Assembly: GCA_035606475.1 (NCBI GenBank)
Contig: DATNFI010000133.1
Coordinates: 1 to 58,329, forward strand
Reading direction: 5' to 3'
DNA from: Mycobacterium sp.
Lineage (GTDB): Bacteria > Actinomycetota > Actinomycetes > Mycobacteriales > Mycobacteriaceae
Length of the DNA stretch: 58,329 nucleotides
Positions 9,697 to 22,400 of the stretch are shown here, piece after piece. Position 1 is the first letter of the stretch, and every line of letters starts with the position of its first letter. Made by a program: the position numbers and the translations under genes. Below the pieces are notes generated by a model. It was not told the origin of the DNA. It ran no database searches and saw only the letters and a list, made by a program, of their open reading frames with translations.

Positions 9697-10530
9697 TCAG
9701 ACACGGACCAGCGGGCGCAGCTTCTCCAGGCGTCCGGGGCCGATCCCGTCGACCTCACCAAGCTGGTCGACGCTGGTGAACTTGCCGTGGGCATCCCGCC
9801 ACGCAGCGATCGCGGCGGCCATCACCGGACCCACTCCCGGCAGGGTGTCCAACTGCTGCACGGTCGCGGTGTTGAGGTTGATCGGCTGCGCCGGCGCGCC
9901 CTTGGCCGGGCGAGATGCCGAACTGGTGGGGCCGGGAGCCGTCGAGCCCGGGCTCACCGAGCTACCCAGGACCGCGGGCTGGCCTTTGATCGGCGCGATC
10001 CCCACCACGATTTGCTCGCCGTCGTCGACTTGGCGGGCCATGTTGAGCCCGATGGTGTCAGCGCCGTCCGTCGTGCCGCCGGCCGCCTTCAGGGCGTCGG
10101 CGATGCGCGCGCCGGGCGCCAGCGTGACCAGCCCGGGCGTGTGTACCAGGCCGACCACGCTGACCACGACCGGCTGGTTCGGCCGGGGCGACGGGCTCGG
10201 GTTCCGGCTTGCCGAGGCCGCCATGTCGACGGGCGGCAGCTTCGCCGACGCGACGGGTGCGGGCTGTTCGCGCATCAGCGTGAAGATGGTGACCAGCACG
10301 GCGATCGCCGCGACCGCGGCCAACGCGACCGCACCCGCGCGACCAGGGTCTGCGCGGATCTTGGCCAGCCAGCCGTCGTGCGCCGACCCGTCCGGTACCC
10401 ACCGAGGCAGCAGGGAGTTCGGGTCATTGTCGGGATTGTCGGCATCGTCGCTGTCGTCGGATTGCGCGTCCGGGCTCAGCCGAGCCCCGAGTCGGCGGTG
10501 CACCCGCTCCGCGGGCAGTTCTGTTCGCAT
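9697..10530 (-). CDS. comEA: ComEA DNA-binding protein (TM, SLBB and HhH domains)
   Basis: INLNTAT..LDTLPGVGP and VDGIGP HhH motifs; ATG 10530 preceded by TACCGT. Confidence 0.92.
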   Translation of the reverse strand: MRTELPAERVHRRLGARLSPDAQSDDSDDADNPDNDPNSLLPRWVPDGSAHDGWLAKIRADPGRAGAVALAAVAAIAVLVTIFTLMREQPAPVASAKLPPVDMAASASRNPSPSPRPNQPVVVSVVGLVHTPGLVTLAPGARIADALKAAGGTTDGADTIGLNMARQVDDGEQIVVGIAPIKGQPAVLGSSVSPGSTAPGPTSSASRPAKGAPAQPINLNTATVQQLDTLPGVGPVMAAAIAAWRDAHGKFTSVDQLGEVDGIGPGRLEKLRPLVRV

Positions 10531-10708
10531 GCGCCGACGGTAGAGCCGCCCAGTGCCGCCACGACGGCCTCGCTGCGCTCCCCGGGCTCCCGCTGTGAAT
10601 CGAATGGTGACTGTGCATGAACGATTCAGCATCGAGCCGCCTGACTGGTTGGTTGGGCAGCCGGATACCGTGCAGACAGGTCCGACAGATCCAGCAGAGG
10701 AGACTGCC

Positions 10709-11869
<1,161 letters not shown>

Positions 11870-11882
11870 GGCAGGAGTAGAC

Positions 11883-12992
11883 ATGGACTTTCAACTGAGC
11901 GAAGAGCAGACGCTGTTGCGCGACACCACCCGCGACTTGCTGGCGCGGAGCTACGACGCCGAAAGCCGGATCAAGGTCATCGATTCCGAGCTGGGCTGGA
12001 GCAAGGACGTGTGGAAGCAACTGGCCGAGACCGGCATTCTCGGGCTGGGATTCGACCCCGACGAGGCCGGGCAGATCGAAGTGATCACCGTGCTCACCGA
12101 AATCGGACGCCGGCTGGCGCCGGAACCCGTGGTGCATGCGGCGCTGGGGCCGGGCGCGATCATCGCCGAGGTCGGCAATGACGCCCAGAAGGAGTTACTC
12201 GACGAAGTTGCCGAAGGTGAGCGATTGTTGGCGTTCGCGCATCTGGAGTCCGGCGCACGCGGCCTTGCCGTCGACAACATCGCGACAACCGCTGTGCAAC
12301 AAGGCGATTCGTGGGTGCTGACCGGTCGCAAGAATCCGGTGCTGGCCGGCGACTCCGCCGACACCTTGGTCGTCAGCGCGAAGCTGCCCAACGGCGGAGT
12401 CGGCCTGTTCCTGGTCGACGCCGAGGAGGTCACCCGCCACCCGTACCGCACCTTCGACGGCCAGCGCGGCGCACAGATCGACCTGGACAACGCCGCCGGC
12501 GAACCGCTCGGCGATGCGGTGGATGCGTCGACGGCCATTCGCAACGGCCTGGTCCGCATCCAATCCGCGCTGTGCGCCGAGGCGGTCGGCGCCATGGAAG
12601 AGGCGCTGCGGCTGACGACCGATTACCTCAAGCAGCGCAAGCAGTTCGGCGTCACGCTGAACACCTTCCAGACGCTGACCCAGCGCTCGGCAGACATGTA
12701 TGTGTCGCTGGAGTTGGCCCGCAGCATGAACCTCTACGCCGGCCTCTCGGTCGCCGACGGCAACTTCGACCCGGTGATCGCCGCCCGCGCCAAGCTGCAG
12801 ATCGGCCGCTCGGGGCGCCACATCAGCCAGGAGGCCATCCAGCTGCACGGCGGTATCGGGATGACCAACGAATACCCGGTCGGCCACTATGCGGCGCGAC
12901 TGACCGCGATCGACTACACCCTCGGGTCGTCGCAAGACCAGTTGCACGTGCTGATCGATCAGGTCGACGACTATGAAATCGTCACGCTCTGA
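11883..12992 (+). CDS. Acyl-CoA dehydrogenase, small (PimD-like) subunit
   Basis: RKQFG..FQ and QLHGGIGMT present; N-terminal FAD motif degenerate, as in the partner subunit of heteromeric ACADs. Confidence 0.88.
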   Translation: MDFQLSEEQTLLRDTTRDLLARSYDAESRIKVIDSELGWSKDVWKQLAETGILGLGFDPDEAGQIEVITVLTEIGRRLAPEPVVHAALGPGAIIAEVGNDAQKELLDEVAEGERLLAFAHLESGARGLAVDNIATTAVQQGDSWVLTGRKNPVLAGDSADTLVVSAKLPNGGVGLFLVDAEEVTRHPYRTFDGQRGAQIDLDNAAGEPLGDAVDASTAIRNGLVRIQSALCAEAVGAMEEALRLTTDYLKQRKQFGVTLNTFQTLTQRSADMYVSLELARSMNLYAGLSVADGNFDPVIAARAKLQIGRSGRHISQEAIQLHGGIGMTNEYPVGHYAARLTAIDYTLGSSQDQLHVLIDQVDDYEIVTL

Positions 12993-13000
12993 GGGCCGAG

Positions 13001-13423
13001 ATGGCTGACCTCTCAGAAGAAGTCATCGCGTTTCTTTCCGAAGGCACTCGCACCGGGATGCTGGGGTTCCTGGCATCCGACGGGCGGCCGTTGGTCGCTC
13101 CGGTGTGGTTCATCGTCGACAACGGCCAGCTGGTGTTCAGCACCGACGCCACGAGCGCGAAAGGCCGTGCGCTCAGCCGAGATCCACGCGTGGTGATCTG
13201 CGTCGACGACCCCCATCCGCCGTTCTCGTTCGTTCAGGTGCAGGGCATTGCCACCACGTACGACGGCGCCGGGGACCTGCTCCAGATCGCGACGCGGATC
13301 GGCGGCCGCTATATGGGCGCCGACCGCGCCGACGAATTCGGCAGGCGCAACGCCGTTCCCGGCGAGCTGGTGGTGCGGGTCCAGCCGACGAAGGTCAACG
13401 CAGCGTTTCGCGTCGCCGACTGA
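13001..13423 (+). CDS. PPOX-class F420-dependent oxidoreductase
   Basis: DGRPLVAPVWF, KGRALSRDPRV..CVDD.PPF motifs. Confidence 0.88.
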   Translation: MADLSEEVIAFLSEGTRTGMLGFLASDGRPLVAPVWFIVDNGQLVFSTDATSAKGRALSRDPRVVICVDDPHPPFSFVQVQGIATTYDGAGDLLQIATRIGGRYMGADRADEFGRRNAVPGELVVRVQPTKVNAAFRVAD

Positions 13424-13435
13424 ACCCGCCCAGCG

Positions 13436-16400
13436 TCAACTCTGTTCCGCGGCCGGCTCCGGCTCGGCACTCGGCTCCGGCTCGGCCGGCTCGGGCTCCG
13501 TCTCGGCCTGCGCCTCAACGGCTTCCGATTCCGCGTCCGGCATCTGAGCCGCGAGGTACTCGCCCAGCCCGCCGATCGTCGGGTAGTCGAACACCGCGGT
13601 GGCGTTGATCGTGAACTTCCCACCGAACTGGCTGTGCAACCGGTTTCGCAGTTCGACCGCCATCAGCGAGTCGGTACCCAGATCCAGGAACCGGCTCGTC
13701 GCCGCCGGCGGCTGCGCGAGCCGCAGGAAACCCTGCACTTCGCGCTGCAGGAATTCAGTAATGAACGTCGCCCGCTCAGACACCGGAAGTTCCTGCAGTT
13801 GCTTGAGCAACTCGCTGTCGACCACCTCGGACATTTCGCTGGGCAGCACCAGATCCAGGATCGGCGGCCGCGAGCTGCCCATCACTTTCGCCGCCCGCGC
13901 CCAGTTCGCCTTCAGGACCGTCGCCTGCCCGGTGCCGTTGGCAACCACCTCCGCGAGCGCACCGAGGGCACCGGAGGCATCCAGCGGAAGCAGACCCTGC
14001 GCACTGATGTTGGAGCTGGCAGCCTCCGACGACGCCATACCCGCGCCACCCCACGGACCGAAGTTGATCGCGGTGGCCGGCAGGCCGTGTGCCTTGCGGT
14101 CCGCGATCAGGCCGTCGAGCAATGCGTTGGCCGTCGAGTAGTTGGCCTGCCCCGGCGGGCCGAGCAAGCTCGACACCGACGAGGACACGATGAAGAAGTC
14201 GAGCTTGTCGTCCCTCGTCAACCGGTCCAGATAGAACGCGCCGAACGCCTTGGGCGCCAACGTTGTCCGGAATCGGTCCAGATCCTGTGCGTTGAGCAGC
14301 GCATCATCGAGGACACCGGCGAGGTGCGCGACACCCGCAAGCGGCGGAAGCTCACCGCGGATCCGCTCGAGCAGCGTCTCGACGTCCGACTCGTCACCGA
14401 CGTCGGCCGAGAAGGTGTGGATGCGGGTCTTGTAACGCTCGGTGATGTCCTCGATCGTCTTGCGCGCGTCCGCATCCGGCTCACGCCGGCTGGTCAGCAC
14501 GATGTCGCCGGCCCCGCGCTGCGCCAGGTACGACGCGGTGCTCAGGCCGATGGCACCCAGACCACCGGTGATCAGGTAGGTCCGATCCTGCCGCGGCGCA
14601 AGCGGAATCGGCATCTGGCAGACGATCTTGCCGATGTGCCGCGCCTGCTGCATGCGCCGGAACGCCGTCCTGGCCTCGGTCAGCGGGTAGATCTCGGCGG
14701 GCAGTGGCGTCCACTCCCCGTTGGCCAGCCCGTCCGACACCTCGGTGAGCAAGTCGCGGATGCGGTCGGGTTCGGTGAACATCACCGTGTCCAACGCGAC
14801 GATCTCGTAGGCGATGTCGGGCCGGACCTCGGCCATCTGCTCGGGCGTCCAGATGTCGCGCTTGGCGATCTCCGCGAAACGCCCGTTCTTCGCGGTGGCC
14901 CTTACGGTCGCCTCGATGAACCCTTCGCTGGTCAGGCTGTTGAGTACGACGTCGACGCCCGCACCGTCGGTATCCGCGAGGATCTGGTCGGCGAAATCGG
15001 TTGTGCGCGAGTCGTACACATGCTTCACGCCGAGCTTGCGCAGCGTCGCCCGCTTGAAGGTGCTCGCCGTCGCGTACACCTCCGCACCGTGCTGTTGCGC
15101 CATCTGGATGGCGGCCAATCCGACACCACCGCTGGCGGCGTGGATCAACACCTTGTCGCCCGGGTTCAGCTTCGACCAGTCGAACGACAGCCGCACCGTA
15201 AGAGCCGCGGCCGGAATGGTCGCGGCCTCAACCGCACTCACCCCGTCCGGGATCGGCGCGAGGAACTGGGCCGGTACGTTGAACCGGCTGGCGAACGCGC
15301 CCTGCATGGTGCCGTACACCCGTTGCCCGACCTCGACATGGCTCACGCCGTCGCCCAATTGGGTGACGGTGCCGGCGAAGTCGCCACCGACCGGCCCGGG
15401 GTCACCCGGGTAGAGCCCCAACACGTTGAGCACGTCCCGGAAGTTCAGGCCCGCGGCCTCGACCCGCACCTGCACATAGCCCTCGTCCGGCGGCAGCACT
15501 TCCTTCTCGGTCAGCCGCAGGTTGTCGATCGCGCCGCGCTCGGTGGGAAGTAGGGCGTAGTCGTCGGCGCGCGGCACGTTGAGGTGACCGCTGCGCGACC
15601 ACTGCAGCAACCGGGACGCCAACGCTTTCCCTTGGCGCAGAGCAAGTTCCGGCTCATCAACCGGGGTGGCGAGCATGCCGGTCAGCAGCTCCACAGCCTC
15701 CCGCGAACCGTCGACATCGATCAGCTTGCTGCGCAGCCCGGGCTCCTCGTTGAGGATCGTTCGCCCGAGTCCCCAGAGCGCGGCCTGCACCGCGTCGACC
15801 GGCTCACCCGACTCGGTCGCGACCGCGCGTTCGGTGACGATCCACAGCCCGCCGGGCAGCTTCACCGATTTGTCGGCCTGCGCGGTGTGTACGGCGCTGA
15901 GCAGATTCTCGATTTCGGTTTCCAGCCGCGTGATCTGCTCTGCGGTCGACTCGTCGGTTCTGCGCCCGGAACTGCGCCAGACGATGCCGGTGTACGGCAT
16001 GCCCTTCTCGTGCGCCTGTGCCAACACCTGACCCAACAGCTCGGAGTCGTCGGTCCGGTCGAACGGAATGCAACCCGGCAGCGCTGCGGCCAGGTCGCTG
16101 AATCCGGCGACCAGCCATGTGCCGCCCGGAGTTGCGGCCTGGTCATCCGACGAGGCAATCGGCACCTCGTGCCAGCCGAGGGCGTACAACAGCCGGGTGA
16201 CGTCGCCACCGAGCCCGCGCAGCAGCGCCTCTCGGGGCGCCCGCTTCACGGTGAAGCCGCGGATTCCGCCCAGGTTGCGACCGTCCCGATCGAGGTAATC
16301 GAGGTCGAATACCTGGGTTTCGCCATCGAGTTCGTTGGTGTGCCACTTCGCCCGGCAGTAGAACCGGCGCGGCATCTTGTCCTTCAGCGTCACCTGCTCG

Positions 16401-19400
16401 TAGCGCAGCGGCAGGAACAGACCGCTCACGCCCTGTTGGGCCGCCCGCAGCGCCGGGAACGCCGGGAAGGCGACACCGGTGCACAGGTCCATCAGGACCG
16501 GGTGCATCGGCTCGGTGCCGAGGTTCTCGGACAGTTCCTCGCCGACCGAGATGTCGCCGATCGCTTCACCTTCGCCCAGCCACAACGACTTCAGGGAACC
16601 GGACCAGTTCGGACCCCACGACAGTTCCATGTCGTCGAAGGTCTCGAACAACTCCTGCGGACGCATGCGCTCCATCCGCTCGATCGCCGCGTCAATCGGC
16701 TCCTCCGGGACCGCCTGCTCATCGGTCTCCGGTTCCTCACCGACGCCGGCGATCGCGGTTCCATCGGCGTTCAGCGACCACTCGGCGTCTTTGACGCCGT
16801 AGGCGCGGCTGTGCACCTGGAATCTCCAGCCCTCCTCCAGTGGATGTAGCGTCAGCTGCACCTCCCGAGAAGCCTTCTCGGGCAAGATGATCGGCTCGTA
16901 GAAGAAGACCTCCTTGACATGCGCCGGCGTACCTACAGCGGCCAACGCCATCGCGGCGTACGTGGCGCCGGGAACGACGACGGTGCCGTAGATGACGTGG
17001 TCGTTGAGCCACGGCTGCGACTTGACCGACAGGCGGCTGGTGTAGACCGTATCGCCGGACGCCAGATCCTTTCCGGTGCCCAGCAATCCGGACATCGCCG
17101 GGCCGTCGACCGTGATCGCGGAACTCTTCGGCCAGAACCGACGACGCTGGAACGGATACGTCGGCAATTCCAGCCGGCGGCCGGGCTGCGGGTGCAGCGC
17201 CTCGAACGTGGGCCGGTGGCCGCTGACGTAGGCGTTGGCCAACGCGTCGGCGATCTGGCGACGGTCCGCCACCCCCTTGCGCAGCGACACGATCGCGCGC
17301 GGCGCGGCCAGGTGCTCCGGCCAGACCTGCACTGCGGCACCGGTCAGCACCGGCTGCGGGCCGATCTCCATCAGCACCGAGCAGCCCAGCGCTGCGACGG
17401 TACGCACGCTCTCGGCGAACTGCACAGGCTGACGGGAGTGTTTGCGCCAGTACTGCGCGTCCAGCGGAGTCTCCGCCGTGAGGATGGATCCGGTGCGGTT
17501 GCAGACCAGCGGCAGCGTCGGCGTCGCGAACTCGAATTGACGTGCGTAGGACTCGAACTCACCCAGCACCGGCTCCAGCAGCTCCGAGTGGAACGCGTGG
17601 CTGGTCTCCAGCCACGTGCAGCGCACGCCGTCCTCGCTGAACTTGGCGACGACCTGTTCGAGGTCCTCCCCCGGGCCCGACAGCACCGTGTTCGGCCCGT
17701 TGTACGCGCCGACAGACACCTTCGGGAACTCGCCGGCGACCTGCTCGACCTGCTTGGGGTCGGCGAAGACCGCCACCATGCGCCCGCCTGCGGGCAGGCT
17801 GCCGAACAACCGGCCGCGCTCGGCCATCAGCCGGACGCCGTCCTCGAGGCTGAACACCCCGGCGACGCAGGCGGCCGCGTACTGGCCGACGCTGTGCCCC
17901 AGCACCACATCGGGTTCGATACCCCACGACTGCCACAGCCGGGCCAGGCCCATTTCGATGGCGAACAGTGCCGGTTGCGCAAACGACGTGTGCTTCAACC
18001 GTTCTCCGGCCTTGCCGCCGGTCTCGCGGTCGGTTGCGAAGATCACCTCGAGCAGCGGCTCCGGCAGGAGATCGCTGACCGCGTCGGCGCAGCGCTTCAC
18101 CGTTTCGGCGAAAACCGGCTCGGCATCGAACAGTTCGCGCGCCATGCCCGGGTACTGGCTGCCCTGTCCGGTGAACAGCCACGCCGTGGTCGGCCGGTCG
18201 GTGCACTCACCGCGGACCACACCGGGGCGCAGCTGACCCGCGGCCAGGTCGGCCAGGCCCTCGCTCGCGGTCTGCGCCGAATCCACCACCAGGGCGGCGC
18301 GGTGCTCGAAGTGCGAGCGGCCCACACCGGCGGTGCGGCACACCTCGGCGATGTCGGCCTCCAGGTGGGTGTCCAGCCAGGACCCGTACCGTTGCGCCAA
18401 CTCGACCAGCGCCTCCGGGGAGCGCGCCGACAGCGGCAGCACGTTGACCGACTCGTCCTGGGCACCCGAATCCGGCGTTGCGACCACAGCATCCGCGGGC
18501 TGCTCGTCGATGGTTGCCGGCTGCGGCGTCGGCGCCTCTTCGATCAGCACGTGGGCGTTGGTGCCGGTAAATCCGAACGAACTCACCCCGGCGCGACGGG
18601 GCCGGCCGTTGGCCTCCCACGGGATCGACTTGTCGACGACCTTCACCGGCAGTGAGCCCCACGGGATGTGCGGCGACGGGTTGTCGAAGTGCAGGCTCTG
18701 CGGCAACGTGCTGTTCTGCAGCGACAGCACGACCTTGATCAGACCCGCAGCACCCGAAGCGGATTCCGTGTGACCGATGTTGGTCTTCACTGACCCCATC
18801 AGTAGTGGGCGGTTGGCCTCGCGGGACACGCCGTACACGGCGCCGGCCGCCTGGACCTCGATCGGGTCGCCGAGCGGCGTACCCGTCCCGTGCGCCTCGA
18901 GGTAGTCGACCTCGCCACCGGACAGTCCGGCCCTGGCCAACGCCGTCGCGATAAGCCGTTGCTGGGCACCACCATTGGGCACCGTCAGGCCGCTGGACGC
19001 ACCGTCCTGGTTGACCGCGGTACCCGGGATCACCGCGGCGATCCGGTCGCCGTCGCGCTCGGCGTCGCTGAGTCGCTTGAGCACCAGGATGCCGCAGCCT
19101 TCACTGCGGACGTAGCCGTCGGCCGACGCATCGAACGTCTTGCACTGACCGACCGGCGACAGCATCCGGGCGCGGGACGCAGCGACCACCGTCACCGGGC
19201 TCAGCAAGACGTTGACACCACCGGCCAGCGCGAGATCGCAGTCACCGGAATGCAATGCCTGCACGGCCTGGTGCACAGCCACCAGCGACGAGCTGCAGGC
19301 GGTGTCGACCGCGACCGCCGGTCCTTCCAACCCGAGCGCGAAGGCAACGCGACCCGAAATGGCGTTGAGCGCGTTGCCGGTGATGAAGTACGGTTCGATC

Positions 19401-22400
19401 TTGTCGATCGACTCGGCCGACAACAGGTGGGCGTACTCGTTGGCCGCCACGCCGGCGAAGACGCCGGTCCGGCTGCCACGCAACGCCGCCGGCGAGTAGC
19501 CGGCCCGCTCCAGGCCTTCCCAGACCGTTTCGAGCATCAACCGCTGCTGGGGTTCGATCCAGACGGCCTCGCGCGGCGAGATGCCGAAGAATTCGGGGTC
19601 GAATCCGTCGATGCCGTCCAGGAATCCACCGAAGCGCGTGTAGGTCTTGCCAGCGGTGTCCGGGTCCGGATCGTAGAACTCGTCGATGTCGAAACGGTCC
19701 TCGGGAACCTCGCGGATCGCATTGACACCGCCGGACAACAGCTCCCAGAACGCTTCCGGGTTGGGGGCGCCGGGGAAACGGCACGACACCGCGATGATCG
19801 CGATTGGCTCGTCGGACCGGGCCACCGCGGTGGCGACCGCGGGACCAGACTTCTGCTCGGTCAACGCCAGCACGTCGCTGAGCAGGTAATCCACCGTGTC
19901 GGACAGTCGCGGGTGGTCCATCGCCAGCGTGGCCGGGATCTCCTTGCCCAGGTTCTGCTCGATGCGGCGGCGCAGCTCGACAGCCATCAGCGAGTCCATG
20001 CCGAGGTCGAAAAAGCCCGCATCCTCGCGGATTTCGGACGGGTCGACCCGGGTCACGTCGGCCACTGCGTCGCGCAGGAAGTCCGACATCAGCTTGCGGC
20101 GTTGCTGCACAGGCGCATTGGTGAGCCGCTCGACCAGTTCGGTCTTGCCGGATGCCGTGGTCACCGGCGCCACCGCGCTGGGCACCTCACGCTCCAACTC
20201 GGCGAGGAACGCTCGCCGGCCGGTGTTCTGGTACAGCGGAAGGAATTTCGCCCAGTCGATCCGAGCCACCACACCCGATGCGGCGCCCTGCTCGCCGGAC
20301 ACGGCGATCAGATCGGCCAGCCCGGCCAGCGCGTCGGCCGGCGACAGGGTCTTGATGCCGCGCTTGGCCAACTTGGCCCGAGATTCCGCGTCGGCCATAC
20401 CCGCCGACCACGGACCGAAGTTCGCGCTCACACCGGCGATGCCCTGCTCGCGCAGGCGCCAGGTCAGCCCGTCCAGGAAGGCGTTGGCCGCGCCGTAGGC
20501 GGTCTGGCCGTATCCGCCCCACACCGACGCGATCGACGAGGTGGTGACGAAGAAGTCCAGCTTCAGCTCCGGCGCCGCTTCGCTCAGATACCAAGCACCC
20601 CATACCTTTCCGGCGAATACCCGATCAACCTCGGCGTCGGTGAGGTCTGCCAGCGGGGTGGTGTCGATCTCTCCCGCCGCGTGCACGATGCCGGCAAGCG
20701 GCAGGTCGGCGTTGACGGTAGACAGCAGCCGCGAGACGTCGTCCGCGTCGGCGACATCGGCCGTGACGACTCGGATGTCGCTGCCGTGCTGCTCGGTCAG
20801 CGCGTCGATGCGCTTTTGCGCGGCTTCGGTGGGCGAGCGGCGGCTGGTCAGCACCAGGTGCTTGGCGCCGTTGGCGGCCAGGTATCCCGCGATCTCCAGA
20901 CCGATCGACCCCAGTCCGCCGGTCACCAGATAGGTTGCGTCGTCACGCAATGCCAGCGGCGTAGCGCTCGGCTGCGCGGTACGTCGCACCAGTCGCGGCA
21001 CGAAGACGTCGTGCCCGCGTACCGCGATCTGATCCTCACGGCGCGGTTCGGCCGCGGCCTGGTCGATCACCCGCGACCACTCGTCGGCGGTACCTTGCGA
21101 CAAATCCGCGAGGCCGCCCCACAGGTGCGGAAGTTCCAAAGAGGCGGCACGACCGAATCCCCACAGGGCCGTCTGCTCGGGCGACACGGTGTCGATGTCG
21201 GTAACACGTTGCGCGCCACGGGTTATCACCCAGATCGGGGCCCGCAGTTCGGCGGCCGCCGCGGCGCGGAACAGTCGCCGGGTCCCGCCCAGAACCTGCT
21301 GCTGCACCCGCAGCAGCGAACGCTGTGACGGCACGGTGTCGGACTCGACCGCCGAGAAGTCGACGATGCGCAGCGCAGGCGCCTCCTCAGCCGCGGCCCG
21401 CAAGGTCGCCGTGAGCTCCTGCTCGTCGGCGTCGGATGCCGGCAAGGCGATGATCCGGTGCTTCTGACCGCGCTCGGTCAGCGCTTCGACCAGCGGCGCC
21501 ACCGCGTCGCCGTCGTCCCCGATCAGCAGCCAGGTGGCCGACTCGGTCGGGTCGGAAGCCGCCGCGTTGATTTTGTCCCAACGGAACTCGTAACGCGCAT
21601 CGGTGATCGACCTGGTCTTGCGCTGCTGATTATGTTGCGCCGCAAGCTTTGTCAGCACATTGACGGTCTGGCCGTCGTCTCCGGCACCGCCGAGCAGCGC
21701 GGCCAGTTCCTCGATCTTGTCGTCTTCGAGGAGTTGAACGGTCTCGCTGGTCGACGACATGTGCGATTGCTGCGTCGGCAACTCGCGGTTCTCCCGGAAC
21801 CAGTACTGCCGATGCTGGAACGGGTAGGTCGGCAGATCGAGTTTGCGGGCCGGGCCCTGCAGCACGGCGCCGAAGTCGGGCAGGGCCCCGAGGGCGTAGG
21901 CGTCGGCGAGCGCTTCGGTGATCTGGCGGTGATCGTCGGTGTTCTTACGCAGCGACGCGATCGCGCGCGGCGTGGTGGCCGGGTCCGGCCAGGCGCGCAG
22001 CGCGGCAGCGGTGAGCACCGGCTGCGGGCCGATTTCCAGCAGCACCTTGCAACTCAGGTCGGACAGAGTCTGCACGCTCTTGGCGAACTCAACCGGCTGG
22101 CGCGCGTGGCGACGCCAGTAGTTACCGTCGAGCTTCTGGCTGCGGCCGACGACGGCGCCGCTGCGGTTGTCTACCAGGATACGTTGCGGCGACGCGTATT
22201 TGACGGTGTCCGCATACTTCTCGAACTCGTCCAGAATCGGGTCCAGCAGGGCCGAGTGGAACGCGTGGCTGGTCTCCAGCCAGTCACAGCGCACACCATC
22301 AACGGTCAACGTGGACACTGCCTTGTCCAAATCGCCTGCCGGACCGGATAATACGGTGTTGGCCCCGTTGTACGCGGCGACCGACAGGCTCGGGAACTGA

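Noticed and set aside
10596-10628. TGAATCG-N19-CGATTCA upstream of the fadE pair
   Set aside because: Only 7-bp arms, no match to KstR/KstR2 motifs and no second copy seen
15177-15185. CAGTCGAAC perfect StrR half-site inside pks
   Set aside because: No partner arm at N11 and lies deep in coding sequence
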